DNA of 64,000 nt from an uncultured delta proteobacterium (GTDB taxonomy: Bacteria > Desulfobacterota > BSN033 > UBA1163), in NCBI GenBank assembly GCA_963708295.1, contig CAVPSJ010000017.1, forward strand, positions 96,001-160,000, given 5' to 3'. Positions 51,662 to 61,758 of the stretch are shown one piece after another. The stretch's first letter is position 1. The number at the start of each line of letters is the position of its first letter. The notes below the pieces were generated by a model. It was given only the letters and a program-made list of their open reading frames with translations. It was not told the origin of the DNA and searched no databases. Both the position numbers and the translations under genes were made by a program.

Positions 51662-52083
51662 CGGTGACCCTCTTAACCCTACCGTATGATCGTTATACCG
51701 TAATTATACTCAAGATAGGCGTTTTTATACAGCCTCAAGATTTGACCCACCCATGGGGTAAATCCAGTAGTTCGTGATTGGAAAGACAGTATTTTTGAGG
51801 GGGAATGGCGAAAAAAATTGAAAATCAAATTATAAGATGTATAGAGTGGTCTTAGGATGGCTTCGTTCAAAAGACTGTTGGGTGTGCTTTCCAACCTTTA
51901 CCAAGCGGGTTTTTTGTATATTTTATGGGTGATCTACGACATTGCTTAAGGTGGCCTATGCAATGTTATTGGAAGCGAGTAGCGGGACGCTAAGAGGTTC
52001 CGCCGTAAAGCTTGTCCAGCACACCCGACAGCCTTTTTTGGGATTTTTATTCATTGGATGGATTCATTAAAGGAGGCGCGGAA

Positions 52084-52935
52084 ATGGAGATTAATACGAT
52101 AGGAGTGGTTGGGGCAGGGCAGATGGGGAGCGGCATTGCAGAAGTTGCCCTCACTTCCGGGTTTCATGTCCTGATGAGAGATGTGGGCATGGGGGCTGTC
52201 GAAAAGGGAAAATCAAGGATTGTTTCGGATCTTGAGAGGCGAATCCAAAAAGAGAAAATGACGGCTCCTGAAAAAGAGGCGACTCTCCAGAGGCTTTCCA
52301 CCACGGTGAAACTGGAGGATTTTGGAAACTGTGATCTCGTCATCGAAGCAGCCGTCGAGAATATCGATGTGAAATGGAACATTTTCAAGAAACTCGACGA
52401 AGTCACGCGCAAAGAAACCATTCTTGCGAGCAATACTTCTTCGATCTCCATCACAAGGATCGCCTCAGTCACCAAGAGGCCCGATCGTGTGATCGGAATG
52501 CATTTTTTTAATCCGGCGCCTGTGATGAAGTTGATCGAAATCGTCCGGGGGCTGGTCACGTCGGATGAAACCTTTCATGTCGTCCGGGAACTCGGTCTGA
52601 AATTGGGAAAGACCCTCTTTCAGGCAAATGATTTTCCAGGTTTCGTATCGAGTCGGCTGATTTTCAGTTACATGAATGAAGCCGTCTACACCCTTTATGA
52701 AGGCTTGGGAAAGGCAGAAGATATTGATGCCATCATGAAGATGGGGGCCAATCATCCGATGGGTCCTTTAGCGCTCGCTGACTTAGTGGGACTGGATACC
52801 TGCCTGTCCGTTATGCATGTTCTCCAGGAGGCGTTTGGAGATAAATATCGACCCTGTCCGCTCCTTGCTAAATATGTGGACGCCGGATATCTGGGGGTGA
52901 AGACGGGTAGGGGATTCTACCAGTACCCTAAGTAA
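52084..52935 (+). CDS. hbd: 3-hydroxybutyryl-CoA dehydrogenase
   Basis: GAGQMGSGIA, IEAAVE, ASNTSSISIT, GMHFFNPAPVM, NHPMGPL, GRGFY. Confidence 0.9.
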   Translation: MEINTIGVVGAGQMGSGIAEVALTSGFHVLMRDVGMGAVEKGKSRIVSDLERRIQKEKMTAPEKEATLQRLSTTVKLEDFGNCDLVIEAAVENIDVKWNIFKKLDEVTRKETILASNTSSISITRIASVTKRPDRVIGMHFFNPAPVMKLIEIVRGLVTSDETFHVVRELGLKLGKTLFQANDFPGFVSSRLIFSYMNEAVYTLYEGLGKAEDIDAIMKMGANHPMGPLALADLVGLDTCLSVMHVLQEAFGDKYRPCPLLAKYVDAGYLGVKTGRGFYQYPK

Positions 52936-52940
52936 AAGAT

Positions 52941-53020
52941 AGTGATCAGTAATCAGTGATCAGTCATCAGCCATCGGTAGCTGATTATCGTTCACTGATC
53001 ACTGATTACTGATTGCTGAA
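52941..53020. repeat. 7-bp-periodic inverted repeat (hairpin) in the intergenic spacer
   Basis: GTGATCA/GTAATCA/GTGATCA/GTCATCA followed by complementary CTGATCA/CTGATTA/CTGATTG units. Confidence 0.8.
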
Positions 53021-53038
53021 CACCAGGAGGTTCTTCAT

Positions 53039-54253
53039 ATGATCGGATTTGAACTAACACCGGAGCAGAAGGTCCTTCAAGGAGAGGCAAGACGATTTTC
53101 CAAAGAGGTGATCCTGCCCGTGGCAGCCCAGCACGATCGGGATGGAACCTTTCCCGTTGATGTGATGGAGAAGGCTCATCAGCAGGGTTTTTTCACCCCC
53201 CTGGTTCCCAAAAAATATGGGGGGCAGGGCTTAGGGGTACTGGATAACTGCATCCTCTCGGAAGAACTGGCAGCAGGCTGCATGGGGATCTATGTCTCCA
53301 TCTTCGTGAGCACCCTGGCGCTCTACCCCATCATTCAGATTTGGGACAGAAGAGCAGAAGGAACGATTTCTCAAGCCTTTCTGCTCAAAGTTTAGCATTG
53401 CCTCTTACTGTTTGAGCGAAGTGACCGTGGGATCGGACCCTGCCTCCATGCGGGCGACGGCCGTTCTCGACGGAGATCACTACCTCCTCAACGGGAGCAA
53501 GATGTGGATCACCAACGGAGGATATGCCGATTTTTATCTCGTGTTTGCGACCACTGACCCCGCAAAAGAAACATAAAGGGATTATCAGCCTGATCGTTCC
53601 CTCCAAACCTGGAAGGGATCAGCCATGGAGAGCCGATTGATAAGATGGGTCAGAGGGCTTCCAATACCACTTCTGTGGTCTTCAAAAATGTGAGGGTTCC
53701 TAAGGAAAATCTCCTGGGGGGAGAAGGGGAGGGTTTCAAAAAGGCGATGGCCGCTCTCGATATCACCCGGCCGATGATCGCTGTGGGGTCCGTGGGAATT
53801 GCGCGATCCGCTTTGGAATTGGCCACCGATTATGCCAAGAAAAGAATTCAATTTGGGGTTCCCATTGCCCAGCACCAGGCTGTTCAATTCATGTTGGCGG
53901 ATATGGCCAAGGATATTGAGGCGGCCAGGCTTCTGGTCTGGAAAGCCGCCTGGCTGGCGGATCAGGGGGTCCGGAATTCGAAAGAGGCAGCCATGGCAAA
54001 GGCCTTTGCTGCGGATATGGCGATGCGGGTGACCACGGATGCCGTTCAGATCTACGGCGGGATGGGATACACGAAATGGCATCCGGTGGAGAAGTTGATG
54101 AGAGATGCGAAGGTCATCCAGATCTATGAAGGGACGGCCCAGATCATGAGGCTGGTCATTGCCCGGCAAGTAGCTTCAGGAAACGGAGAAAACTCTTTTT
54201 TGAGGAAGGGGAAGGTCCTGGTCGATTTGATCTCACGAATTCAAGGGAGATGA
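53039..54253 (+). CDS. Acyl-CoA dehydrogenase (butyryl-CoA type), three apparent 1-bp insertions
   Basis: Pieces in successive frames: FELTPEQK, FGTEEQKERF..YCLSE..GSD..LNGSKMWITNG, KMGQRAS, RIQFG, QIYGGMGY, RDAKVIQIYEGT. Confidence 0.85.
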
Positions 54254-54284
54254 AAAAAGCTCTCGGCTAGGAAATGAAGGATAA

Positions 54285-55163
54285 TTAGAATCGGGCCAAT
54301 GCGTCGAGGACAAAACGTGAGATGTCCAGAATACGGATTCCAGGGAACCGGATCTGCGGTAACGTATTGGTCACCAGGATCTCTTTGATGGGCAAAGAGG
54401 TGAGACGACGTCTTGCTTCTCCTGAGAAAATTCCGTGGGTTGCGGCAAGGCGGATGTTTCGAGCACCCTTTTGAGAAACGAGTTTCACGGCTTCAGAAAG
54501 GGTCCCGCCGGTGTCAATCATGTCATCCGCGATGAGGACATCCTTCCCTCGGACGTCACCGTGGAGATGTTTTGCAACGGCCACGTTCGGTCTTGGACGC
54601 ACTTTTTCAATCACTGCCAAATCTGGCTTTGGTTTCAGAAGGTTTTGAAGCCTTCCCGCCTTCGATACAAAACCTGCATCCGGGGAAACGATCACATCGG
54701 GAGGATGTTTTGCCAGGGCATCGGCGATTAAAGGCAAAGCGGAGATCTCCGTCGCAAACGGACGGAAGGCTTTGCGTATCAAATCGCTATGGACATCGAT
54801 GAAAATGAGCCGGGATGAGTTCATCTTCTGCAATAATTCAACCACCATGATCCCCGTGCAACCCTCTCCCGGTCTTGTGGGCCGATCCTGCCGTGCGTAC
54901 CCAAGATAGGGAATCACGGTCGTCGTTTCCCGGGCACCATTCTCCCGGAAAAGACGATGGACGGCTAAGATTTCAAAGAAAGACTCTGGATTTGGAAGGA
55001 CGGAGGCAACGAGGACAACCCTTTTTCCTTTCACGTTCTCCCTCAGGCGATACCCCCGCTCGCTGTCCGCAAAGACATAGGACTCATACCGTCCGATTTC
55101 ACCGCCATATTTTGCAAGATTCCGCCTCAGATGTTTTGCTGAATCGGCGATAAAGAGTTTCAT
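54285..55163 (-). CDS. prs: Ribose-phosphate pyrophosphokinase family protein (divergent)
   Basis: FADSE, PYLGYARQDR, DVHS, VSPDAG, DDMIDTGGT, ATHG, VTNTL. Confidence 0.8.
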   Translation of the reverse strand: MKLFIADSAKHLRRNLAKYGGEIGRYESYVFADSERGYRLRENVKGKRVVLVASVLPNPESFFEILAVHRLFRENGARETTTVIPYLGYARQDRPTRPGEGCTGIMVVELLQKMNSSRLIFIDVHSDLIRKAFRPFATEISALPLIADALAKHPPDVIVSPDAGFVSKAGRLQNLLKPKPDLAVIEKVRPRPNVAVAKHLHGDVRGKDVLIADDMIDTGGTLSEAVKLVSQKGARNIRLAATHGIFSGEARRRLTSLPIKEILVTNTLPQIRFPGIRILDISRFVLDALARF

Positions 55164-55543
55164 CCATCTCCTTGAGGCATGTGCCACGAAGCTGCTGCTT
55201 CGTCTAAGTCTCCAATCATGAGAGGAATGGGGGGGCGAAGTTTCTTACTTCCCAGCCTACGCAGCTCTGATCTCGCTGAGCGGAAGTTCATTGTCACCCT
55301 GGAGCGAAGCTCCCATTTCTTGAGAGAATATGAACTCTGTCTCTATCACCCTATTTCATAACGGCTTGAAAGTGAATAAAGTGAACCCTGCATTTTCGCG
55401 TCAAAGACGCCGTATTTTCTGAAGGGGATGATGTCTTAGAGTTCCTTTCTGGTGAGGAGGAGAAGAATATGGAGGGGCAAATAAAAGTTTTTTCTTGACA
55501 AACGGCTGGCGCTTGTTTAATGGATTAAGAGGGTGGGGGAGAT

Positions 55544-55990
55544 ATGGATTCTTTGGAGAATTTGAAAATCCGGGCTCTCAAAAGGGAAGATCTGGAGGCC
55601 ATTGTCAAGATTGACAAGAGGGTCCTGGGAGAGGACCGGAAGAGCCATTGGGAAAGAAAGCTAGGGTTGATGAGCAATAAATCTTCCCAGGTCTCCCTGG
55701 TTGCTGAAGTGGAGGGAGAAGTGGTCGGGTTTATTCTCGGCGACGTGAGCGGCTGGGAATTTGGCGTGCCCGAAACCATTGGCTGGATGGATACGATTGG
55801 CGTTGATCCGGCTTACCGGAAGAAAGGAATCGCCACGGCCCTCGCCCATGAACTGATCAAAAATTTGAAGGCGATTCAAGTCAAAACCATTTACACCCTG
55901 GTCAGCTGGGATGACTGGGACCTCCTCCAATTTTTTCATGCCATGGGATTCACAAGAGGGGATATGATCAATTTAGAGTTGAAGATTTAA
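55544..55990 (+). CDS. GNAT family N-acetyltransferase
   Basis: LVAEVEGEVVGF, IGVDPAYRKKGIATAL, FFHAMGF. Confidence 0.9.
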   Translation: MDSLENLKIRALKREDLEAIVKIDKRVLGEDRKSHWERKLGLMSNKSSQVSLVAEVEGEVVGFILGDVSGWEFGVPETIGWMDTIGVDPAYRKKGIATALAHELIKNLKAIQVKTIYTLVSWDDWDLLQFFHAMGFTRGDMINLELKI

Positions 55991-56027
55991 TCCCGCCTGC
56001 CCGCAATTTCAACCGATCAGGTCTTGA

Positions 56028-56232
56028 CAGGCTGTTGAAAAAAGCCCATCTGCAGCGTTTCCCTCATCCTTCGTCGTTGCAGCGTACATCCAAGTACGCC
56101 TCTAGCCGACTCACCAACTCGTCGGCGTGGCAAGAAGTCACTCCTTATTCGTCGTGACGCCACTCTCAGGACTTCGGGCGCCTTGCATCGGGGCATTTTT
56201 GACCAGCCTGAAAAAAATGGGTTTTTCAACAA
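56028..56232. mobile_element. Non-coding MITE-like element with TGTTGAAAAA/TTTTTCAACA ends
   Basis: AGGCTGTTGAAAAAGCCCAT ... ATGGGTTTTTCAACA inverted ends, internal hairpins, no credible ORF. Confidence 0.55.
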
Positions 56233-56307
56233 GGTCTTGACTTCCGAAGGGGTAGGTTAGACTTTTTGGAAATGGTTGGAAGAAGGTTCCCTTTTTCGGG
56301 ACAGAAA

Positions 56308-57852
56308 TTATCTTTTCCCCACCTTTTTACCGCGAGATTCACCCGGTAGATCAGAGAGTTTAGTCATCTCGATTTTCAGTTTATCTCCGGGGATCAGTTT
56401 CTTTTCGGGGTAGAGGTTGTTCCAGCGGCTGAGAGCACCGAGGTTCACTCCCATCTCGTTGGCAATGCTCCACAAGGTGTCACCTTTCTTAATCGTATAC
56501 GTCATCGTTTGAACCGGTTTTGAACCATGATCCGTTTCCCCGGATTTTTTCTGGGCCACCCGATCCGGTTTCAGGCCTTGATCCTTAGGAACGGGGATGA
56601 GGAGGTTCATCCCGACGGAGAGGCGGCTTTTTTTATTCAATCGGTTCATCTCGAGGATGGGATCGAGGTCCACACGATAAAGGCTAGCGATTTTTGAAAG
56701 AGTATCCCCCTTTTTGACGAGATGGGATTTGAATTGAAATCTTTCACCCGAATAAAGGTTTGAGAAATTTTTTGAAAAAAGCTCTTTCTTCCCAAAAGGG
56801 ATTCTAATCTCATATTCAGGGAAGTTTGGGGGGGTGCACCATCGCGACAGCTCGGGATTGAGCTCCTTGACTTCATTCAGAGTGATTTCGCAGGCCTGGG
56901 CGATGAGACGGAGGTCTGTGACCTCGGGCACCTTCACCTTTTCATAACGAAGGGGTTCTTGGTATTCGATGCCGACAAATCCATATTTCTCGGGATCTTT
57001 CGCGATGAGGGCAGCGGCAATCATCTGGGGGACGTAGTCTTTCGTCTCCCGTTTCAGGTATCGATATTTGGTGAGCTCCCAAAAGTCTTCCGTCTGGTAG
57101 CGTTTCATCGCGGTGGCAATTTTTCCTTCACCGGCATTGTAACCGGCGGCGGCCAGATACCAGCATTCGAAAATATCATAAAGATCTTTGAGATATTGGG
57201 CCGCCGCAAGGGTTGACTTCTCGGGGTCTCTCCTCTCATCGATCCACCAATTGGATGTTAACCCGTACCTTTTCCCCGTAAGGTAGATGAACTGCCAGGG
57301 ACCGGAGGCCTTGGCCCTGGAATAGGCATAAGGATTGAAGCCACTCTCGATCAGAGCCAGATAGACAAGGTCTTCAGGAAGACCGCTCTCTCTAAGAAGG
57401 TTTCTCATGAAGGGGATGTATCTTTCCGAGCGCGCCAGCCACTTGGCGAAAGTGTCCCGGGCTGTTGTTTGAAAATATTGGACAAAATATTCCACTCTTG
57501 CATTGATCACGATGGGGATATCGAACTCCGGCTTTGACTTCGGCCGATCCTCCGGGAAAATTTCAAAACTGAAATCGTCATTGGCTTCATCAGTGATCGG
57601 AAAATCCAAACTCGACACCGACGGAGTTCCTGCCGTCGATGCAGAATGGGAGGGTGAAGATACTTCCGGCAGGGGAGGCAATTCCCGGGGAGGGGAGGGC
57701 AAGGACTCGGGTTCTGCCTTGGCGAGGGGGAGACTCTCTTTTTTTGTGGAAGGGGGAGGTGAGGGCGCTTTCTCAGGAAGAGAGCTTGGGTGGGGGAGGC
57801 ATGCAGAAGATAGGAAAAGAATCATCCCCACCACAACTGTCTTGTACGTCAT
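56308..57852 (-). CDS. mltD: Membrane-bound lytic murein transglycosylase with LysM domains (MltD-like lipoprotein)
   Basis: Lipobox SSAC, Pro/Ser linker, ALIESGFNP, GPWQF, AGYNAGE, ETKDYVP, two KKGDTL LysM domains. Confidence 0.88.
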   Translation of the reverse strand: MTYKTVVVGMILFLSSACLPHPSSLPEKAPSPPPSTKKESLPLAKAEPESLPSPPRELPPLPEVSSPSHSASTAGTPSVSSLDFPITDEANDDFSFEIFPEDRPKSKPEFDIPIVINARVEYFVQYFQTTARDTFAKWLARSERYIPFMRNLLRESGLPEDLVYLALIESGFNPYAYSRAKASGPWQFIYLTGKRYGLTSNWWIDERRDPEKSTLAAAQYLKDLYDIFECWYLAAAGYNAGEGKIATAMKRYQTEDFWELTKYRYLKRETKDYVPQMIAAALIAKDPEKYGFVGIEYQEPLRYEKVKVPEVTDLRLIAQACEITLNEVKELNPELSRWCTPPNFPEYEIRIPFGKKELFSKNFSNLYSGERFQFKSHLVKKGDTLSKIASLYRVDLDPILEMNRLNKKSRLSVGMNLLIPVPKDQGLKPDRVAQKKSGETDHGSKPVQTMTYTIKKGDTLWSIANEMGVNLGALSRWNNLYPEKKLIPGDKLKIEMTKLSDLPGESRGKKVGKR

Positions 57853-58014
57853 GAACCGTTCCTCCTGAGCCAGCGACAAGATCGATGAAATTCAAAGAGA
57901 AAAAATTTATAGATTAATGACATAGACCGACCGAGATTGTCAAGTTAAAAACATGAAGCGTTCCAAAAAAAACGGACGTTCCTGCCTTCTCCAGGCTGTA
58001 TCAGGAATCTCACT

Positions 58015-58947
58015 TCAGGGATCCGTTCCGATCCTGACCGGCAAGGTCCTGTCCGCAGACCATTCCACCCAGGACCCCCGGTAGAGATGAACATTGGGAA
58101 ACCCGAGACCATATTTCAGGGTGAAGTAGAGATGGCTTGCTCCCCTCCCCGCTCTGCTATAGACGATGACCTCCTTATCCTTTGTGACCCTGATTTCTGA
58201 AAGGAGTTTCTCCAGATCCTCTTTGTTTTTCCACACCCTGATTTCTTCCCCCTCGAGAGTCGTTTCCCAGAATACATTCCTGGCTCCAGGGATATGGCCT
58301 TTCCGGATCTCTTCCCCTTCTTCGCCGCTGTATTGTTTGGGTGGACGGGCGTCCAGGATCACCACATTCTTCGCGTTCAGTCGATGGAGCACCCATTTCT
58401 TTTCGGCTAACGTCTCTCGAATCGCTTTCCCAAAAAATTTATTAGGGGATAGAAAGGGGTACTCTTGAGTGACGGGAAGCCTTTCGGATGTCCATTTCTC
58501 CCAGCCGCCGTTGAGGATTCCCACTTTTTTATGCCCGAGGTAATCCAAGGCCCAGGCGAGGAACGTTGCATTGGGGTTTGATTTTTCAGAGTAGATGACC
58601 ACCCCCATGGAATTGGAAAGGCTTAGATTGTCTCCTAACAATCTTTCGAGGCAGATTCGGTCGGGTGCTTGATCGGGGATGCCTTTGTCGGGAATCTGAA
58701 GATTTTCAAAATGGAGATAGACGGCGTTTCGAATGTGTCCCTTGAGATAATCAAGGAGGGACGTTCTCATGTCAACGATACGAAGCGAGGGGAGACCGGT
58801 CAGGTTCAGCAATTCTCGCGTTTCAATCAACCGGGGATGGTCAAAGTTTACAAGGGGAGGGTTTTTGGCGTGGAGGAAGCCCGGGAGGAATAAAACGAGT
58901 GAAATCAGAATTCCCGCCGCCCGTACAAGTGGTCTTCGTTTTTCCAT
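58015..58947 (-). CDS. Exported tandem-domain rhodanese/sulfurtransferase-like protein (Ser at the catalytic Cys position)
   Basis: Signal peptide, GHI motifs, LNGGWEKW, LDARP, YRGSWVEWS; active loop reads YSRAGRGAS. Confidence 0.85.
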   Translation of the reverse strand: MEKRRPLVRAAGILISLVLFLPGFLHAKNPPLVNFDHPRLIETRELLNLTGLPSLRIVDMRTSLLDYLKGHIRNAVYLHFENLQIPDKGIPDQAPDRICLERLLGDNLSLSNSMGVVIYSEKSNPNATFLAWALDYLGHKKVGILNGGWEKWTSERLPVTQEYPFLSPNKFFGKAIRETLAEKKWVLHRLNAKNVVILDARPPKQYSGEEGEEIRKGHIPGARNVFWETTLEGEEIRVWKNKEDLEKLLSEIRVTKDKEVIVYSRAGRGASHLYFTLKYGLGFPNVHLYRGSWVEWSADRTLPVRIGTDP

Positions 58948-58966
58948 GCAGACCTCCCGTGAACCT

Positions 58967-60451
58967 CTAGCCTGGGATATCCCTCTTTTTCTTCTCCAAC
59001 GCTTTTCCGTAAAGTTGAAGGTATGCCTCGGCTGACCTCTCCCAAGAAAAATCCGCGCTCATGGCATTCTGAAGGAGTTGCCTCCAATGCTCTGGCTGAA
59101 AATAAAAACGGATCGCCTCCTTGAGGGTGTTGAGAAATTCCTTGGAATCATAACGGTTAAATTTGAAGCCGTTTCCCTTTTTGGTGGCAGGGTCGTAATG
59201 GAGGATCGTGTCGTCGAGCCCTCCCGTGGCGCGCACCACGGGGATCGTTCCGTATTTCAGGCTATAAATTTGATTGAGACCACACGGCTCATATTTGGAC
59301 GGCATGAGGAAAAAATCTGCCCCCGCCTCGATTTTATGCGCCAAGCGGTCATCATAGGCAATCCGGATCCCCGCTTTCTGAGGGTATTTTTGTGCGACCT
59401 GAGCAAAGAGATCGTGATATTTTTGCTCTCCCGTTCCCAGAAGAACAAATCCGATGTCGAGCGCGAAAAGAGGCTCTAAAATTTCCGCCAGAAGGTCAAA
59501 CCCTTTCTGATCGGCTAACCGAGAGATCATTCCTAAAAGGGGGGCATTCTCGAGAGAGGGGGGAAGACGAAATTCTCTGAGGAGGTCCTTCTTGCATTCC
59601 TTTTTGCTCGAGATATCTTTTAAATCATACCGGGCGACCAAGTGAGGGTCATGAGAAGGGTTCCAATCCTCATAGTCCACTCCGTTGAGGATTCCGTAAA
59701 GACTCGCCTTTTTCTTTCTCAAAATGCCTTCCAAGCCGTAACCATATTCAGGGGTCTGGATTTCCTCGCTATATTTCTTGCTCACCGTATTGATCGCATC
59801 CGCATAAACAATGCCTGCCTTCATGAAATTGATCCTCTCCCAAAATTCGATTCCTTCGGGGCTGTACATCTCCGTCGGCAGCCCGGTGAGCGGGAATTTT
59901 TCCTTCTTGAACAATCCCTGGTAGGCAATGTTGTGAATGGTGAATACCGCTGCCGTACGGGAATAGAAAGGGTCGTTCCGAAAGGTCGATTTAAGATAAG
60001 CGGCAATCAATCCGGTTTGCCATTCATGATGGTGGATGATATCAGGAGAGAACCCGATGCGCTGGCAAAGGTTGAGGACGGCCTTGGAGAAGAAAATAAA
60101 TCGCTCCGCATTGTCGAAATAATCGCCTTTCGGAGTGCTGTAGAGAGACTCCCTGTCAAAAAATTCTTCCCGGCCGATGAAGTAAACCGGGATGTCTTGA
60201 TTCAGATGACCGAGGTAGACATCCGCCCTGAGCTTCTCGTCCCCAAGGGAGACCTCGATCTCCTCGCCCAGATACTGATGGGGAAGGCCGGAGTTCTTCA
60301 CCATTCGGTAGTAAGGCATCACTAACATCAGCTCACATCCCCGTGCGCGAAGAGATTTGGGAAGAGCCCCCGCTACATCCGCCAGACCTCCCGTCTTGGC
60401 AAAGGGGACAGCCTCAGGCGTTGCGAAGAGGATTCTTAAGGGTTTTTCCAT
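58967..60451 (-). CDS. glgA: Glycogen synthase
   Basis: PFAKTGGLADV, HEWQT, FTIHNIAYQG, GILNGVD, SRLADQKG, MPSKYEPCGL, TGGLDDT. Confidence 0.95.
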   Translation of the reverse strand: MEKPLRILFATPEAVPFAKTGGLADVAGALPKSLRARGCELMLVMPYYRMVKNSGLPHQYLGEEIEVSLGDEKLRADVYLGHLNQDIPVYFIGREEFFDRESLYSTPKGDYFDNAERFIFFSKAVLNLCQRIGFSPDIIHHHEWQTGLIAAYLKSTFRNDPFYSRTAAVFTIHNIAYQGLFKKEKFPLTGLPTEMYSPEGIEFWERINFMKAGIVYADAINTVSKKYSEEIQTPEYGYGLEGILRKKKASLYGILNGVDYEDWNPSHDPHLVARYDLKDISSKKECKKDLLREFRLPPSLENAPLLGMISRLADQKGFDLLAEILEPLFALDIGFVLLGTGEQKYHDLFAQVAQKYPQKAGIRIAYDDRLAHKIEAGADFFLMPSKYEPCGLNQIYSLKYGTIPVVRATGGLDDTILHYDPATKKGNGFKFNRYDSKEFLNTLKEAIRFYFQPEHWRQLLQNAMSADFSWERSAEAYLQLYGKALEKKKRDIPG

Positions 60452-60742
60452 CGATGCCTCAAAGTGGACAGAAGACATGTCATGTCATGCAATGTCAAAA
60501 AAACGAACGGGAAGGTCCTCGGCCACCCTAGCGGCACGCCGGGACTTCCCGGAGAGGAAATGATGTCTTGATGGTGCCCCTCCGGCTTCGGCGGGACAGG
60601 GCACCGGCCCCCAAAAGTTCAAATCCATGTCCAATGTCAAAACCTAGATTTTCAGAATTCATTCGTCGTGAGTCTGTGAGATCCGGAATTTGAACGTTGA
60701 CATTTGAACTTTGGAATTTGACATTGGTTCACCCGGTTAAGC

Positions 60743-61060
60743 CTATTCCCCTTTTTCTGTTTTCCGGATGACCTTCTCCAACCGGTCGAGGGCATCGGCT
60801 GTTTTTTCTCTCAAGGCATCGGTGATCGTCGTCAAAGCGTCCATTTGTTTTCTCAGATCTTCGGACGAGGCGGTCGATTCGATCTTTCGCATCAATTCAG
60901 CGGTTCCTCCGGTGCGATGATAGGCGATGATGGAGATGGCGATAGAAATCAACGAGATGATCAGTGCCGCTGGTCCCGAGCCAATGGCAGACAATAACGA
61001 AAGAATAATGGCTATCACTGCAATCACACCTATCATAAGAATGGCTCCAGTCATCTTCAC
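60743..61060 (-). CDS. Small membrane protein with C-terminal coiled coil
   Basis: Two hydrophobic helices then an amphipathic helix; overlaps the DUF502 gene stop. Confidence 0.65.
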   Translation of the reverse strand: MKMTGAILMIGVIAVIAIILSLLSAIGSGPAALIISLISIAISIIAYHRTGGTAELMRKIESTASSEDLRKQMDALTTITDALREKTADALDRLEKVIRKTEKGE

Positions 61061-61758
61061 AGGCCTCCTTCATTTTTTGAATTAGGATACTTCAACCCTT
61101 TGGAATTTTCAACTGAATCCTTTCCGGATCCCGGGCTTGAAAATGGAACCGAGAGGGTTTGAGGAGTAACGATCCCCACGGACATGATGGCCTTGATCGC
61201 TTCTTCGATGCTCATTTGGGAAGGAAGTAACTTTTCTTTGGGAAGGAAGAGAAGAAAGCCCTGCGGCGGGACAAAGGCGGTCGGGACAAAAACGGTCACC
61301 TTCGTTTGCTTCTGGAGATCGGTGATCTCATTCGTCACAAAGCCGAGCACATAATTCCCTTCCTGTGGAAATTCAACGAAAACCGTCTGACGGAACGAGC
61401 CTTTTTTTGTGGCCGAGAAGGCATCGGTCAGTTGTTTGGAGGCGGTATAGATGTTTTTGACGACCGGGATCGTCTTGAAGAGACGATCCCCCCAGTTAAT
61501 CAGTTCGTAGCCCAAGACATTGGTAGTGATCGCACCAATCAAATAGAGCAAAAGGAAGAAGCTGATGATTCCTATCCCCGGGAGATGGATTACATGATGG
61601 AATAGAGAGACATTGATGTTTGGGATCAGGGGGTCGAGGATACCGTCAAGGGTGTTGAAGACAAACTTCAGAACGAGGAAGGTGATCCCGAGAGGCAGGA
61701 CGACCAAAATCCCCGCAAAAATCTTTGTTCGAAGATGCCTCAAAAACTTTTTCGTCAT
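61057..61758 (-). CDS. DUF502 family membrane protein
   Basis: [38 protein letters not shown]. Confidence 0.85.
   Translation of the reverse strand: MTKKFLRHLRTKIFAGILVVLPLGITFLVLKFVFNTLDGILDPLIPNINVSLFHHVIHLPGIGIISFFLLLYLIGAITTNVLGYELINWGDRLFKTIPVVKNIYTASKQLTDAFSATKKGSFRQTVFVEFPQEGNYVLGFVTNEITDLQKQTKVTVFVPTAFVPPQGFLLFLPKEKLLPSQMSIEEAIKAIMSVGIVTPQTLSVPFSSPGSGKDSVENSKGLKYPNSKNEGGL

Noticed and set aside
51680-52075. Riboswitch or ncRNA upstream of hbd (also considered 28325-28530 and 32520-32740)
   Set aside because: Some hairpin potential but no family consensus that I can recognise; an Rfam/Infernal scan would be needed
58150-58165. Selenocysteine at the rhodanese active site
   Set aside because: The codon is AGC, not TGA
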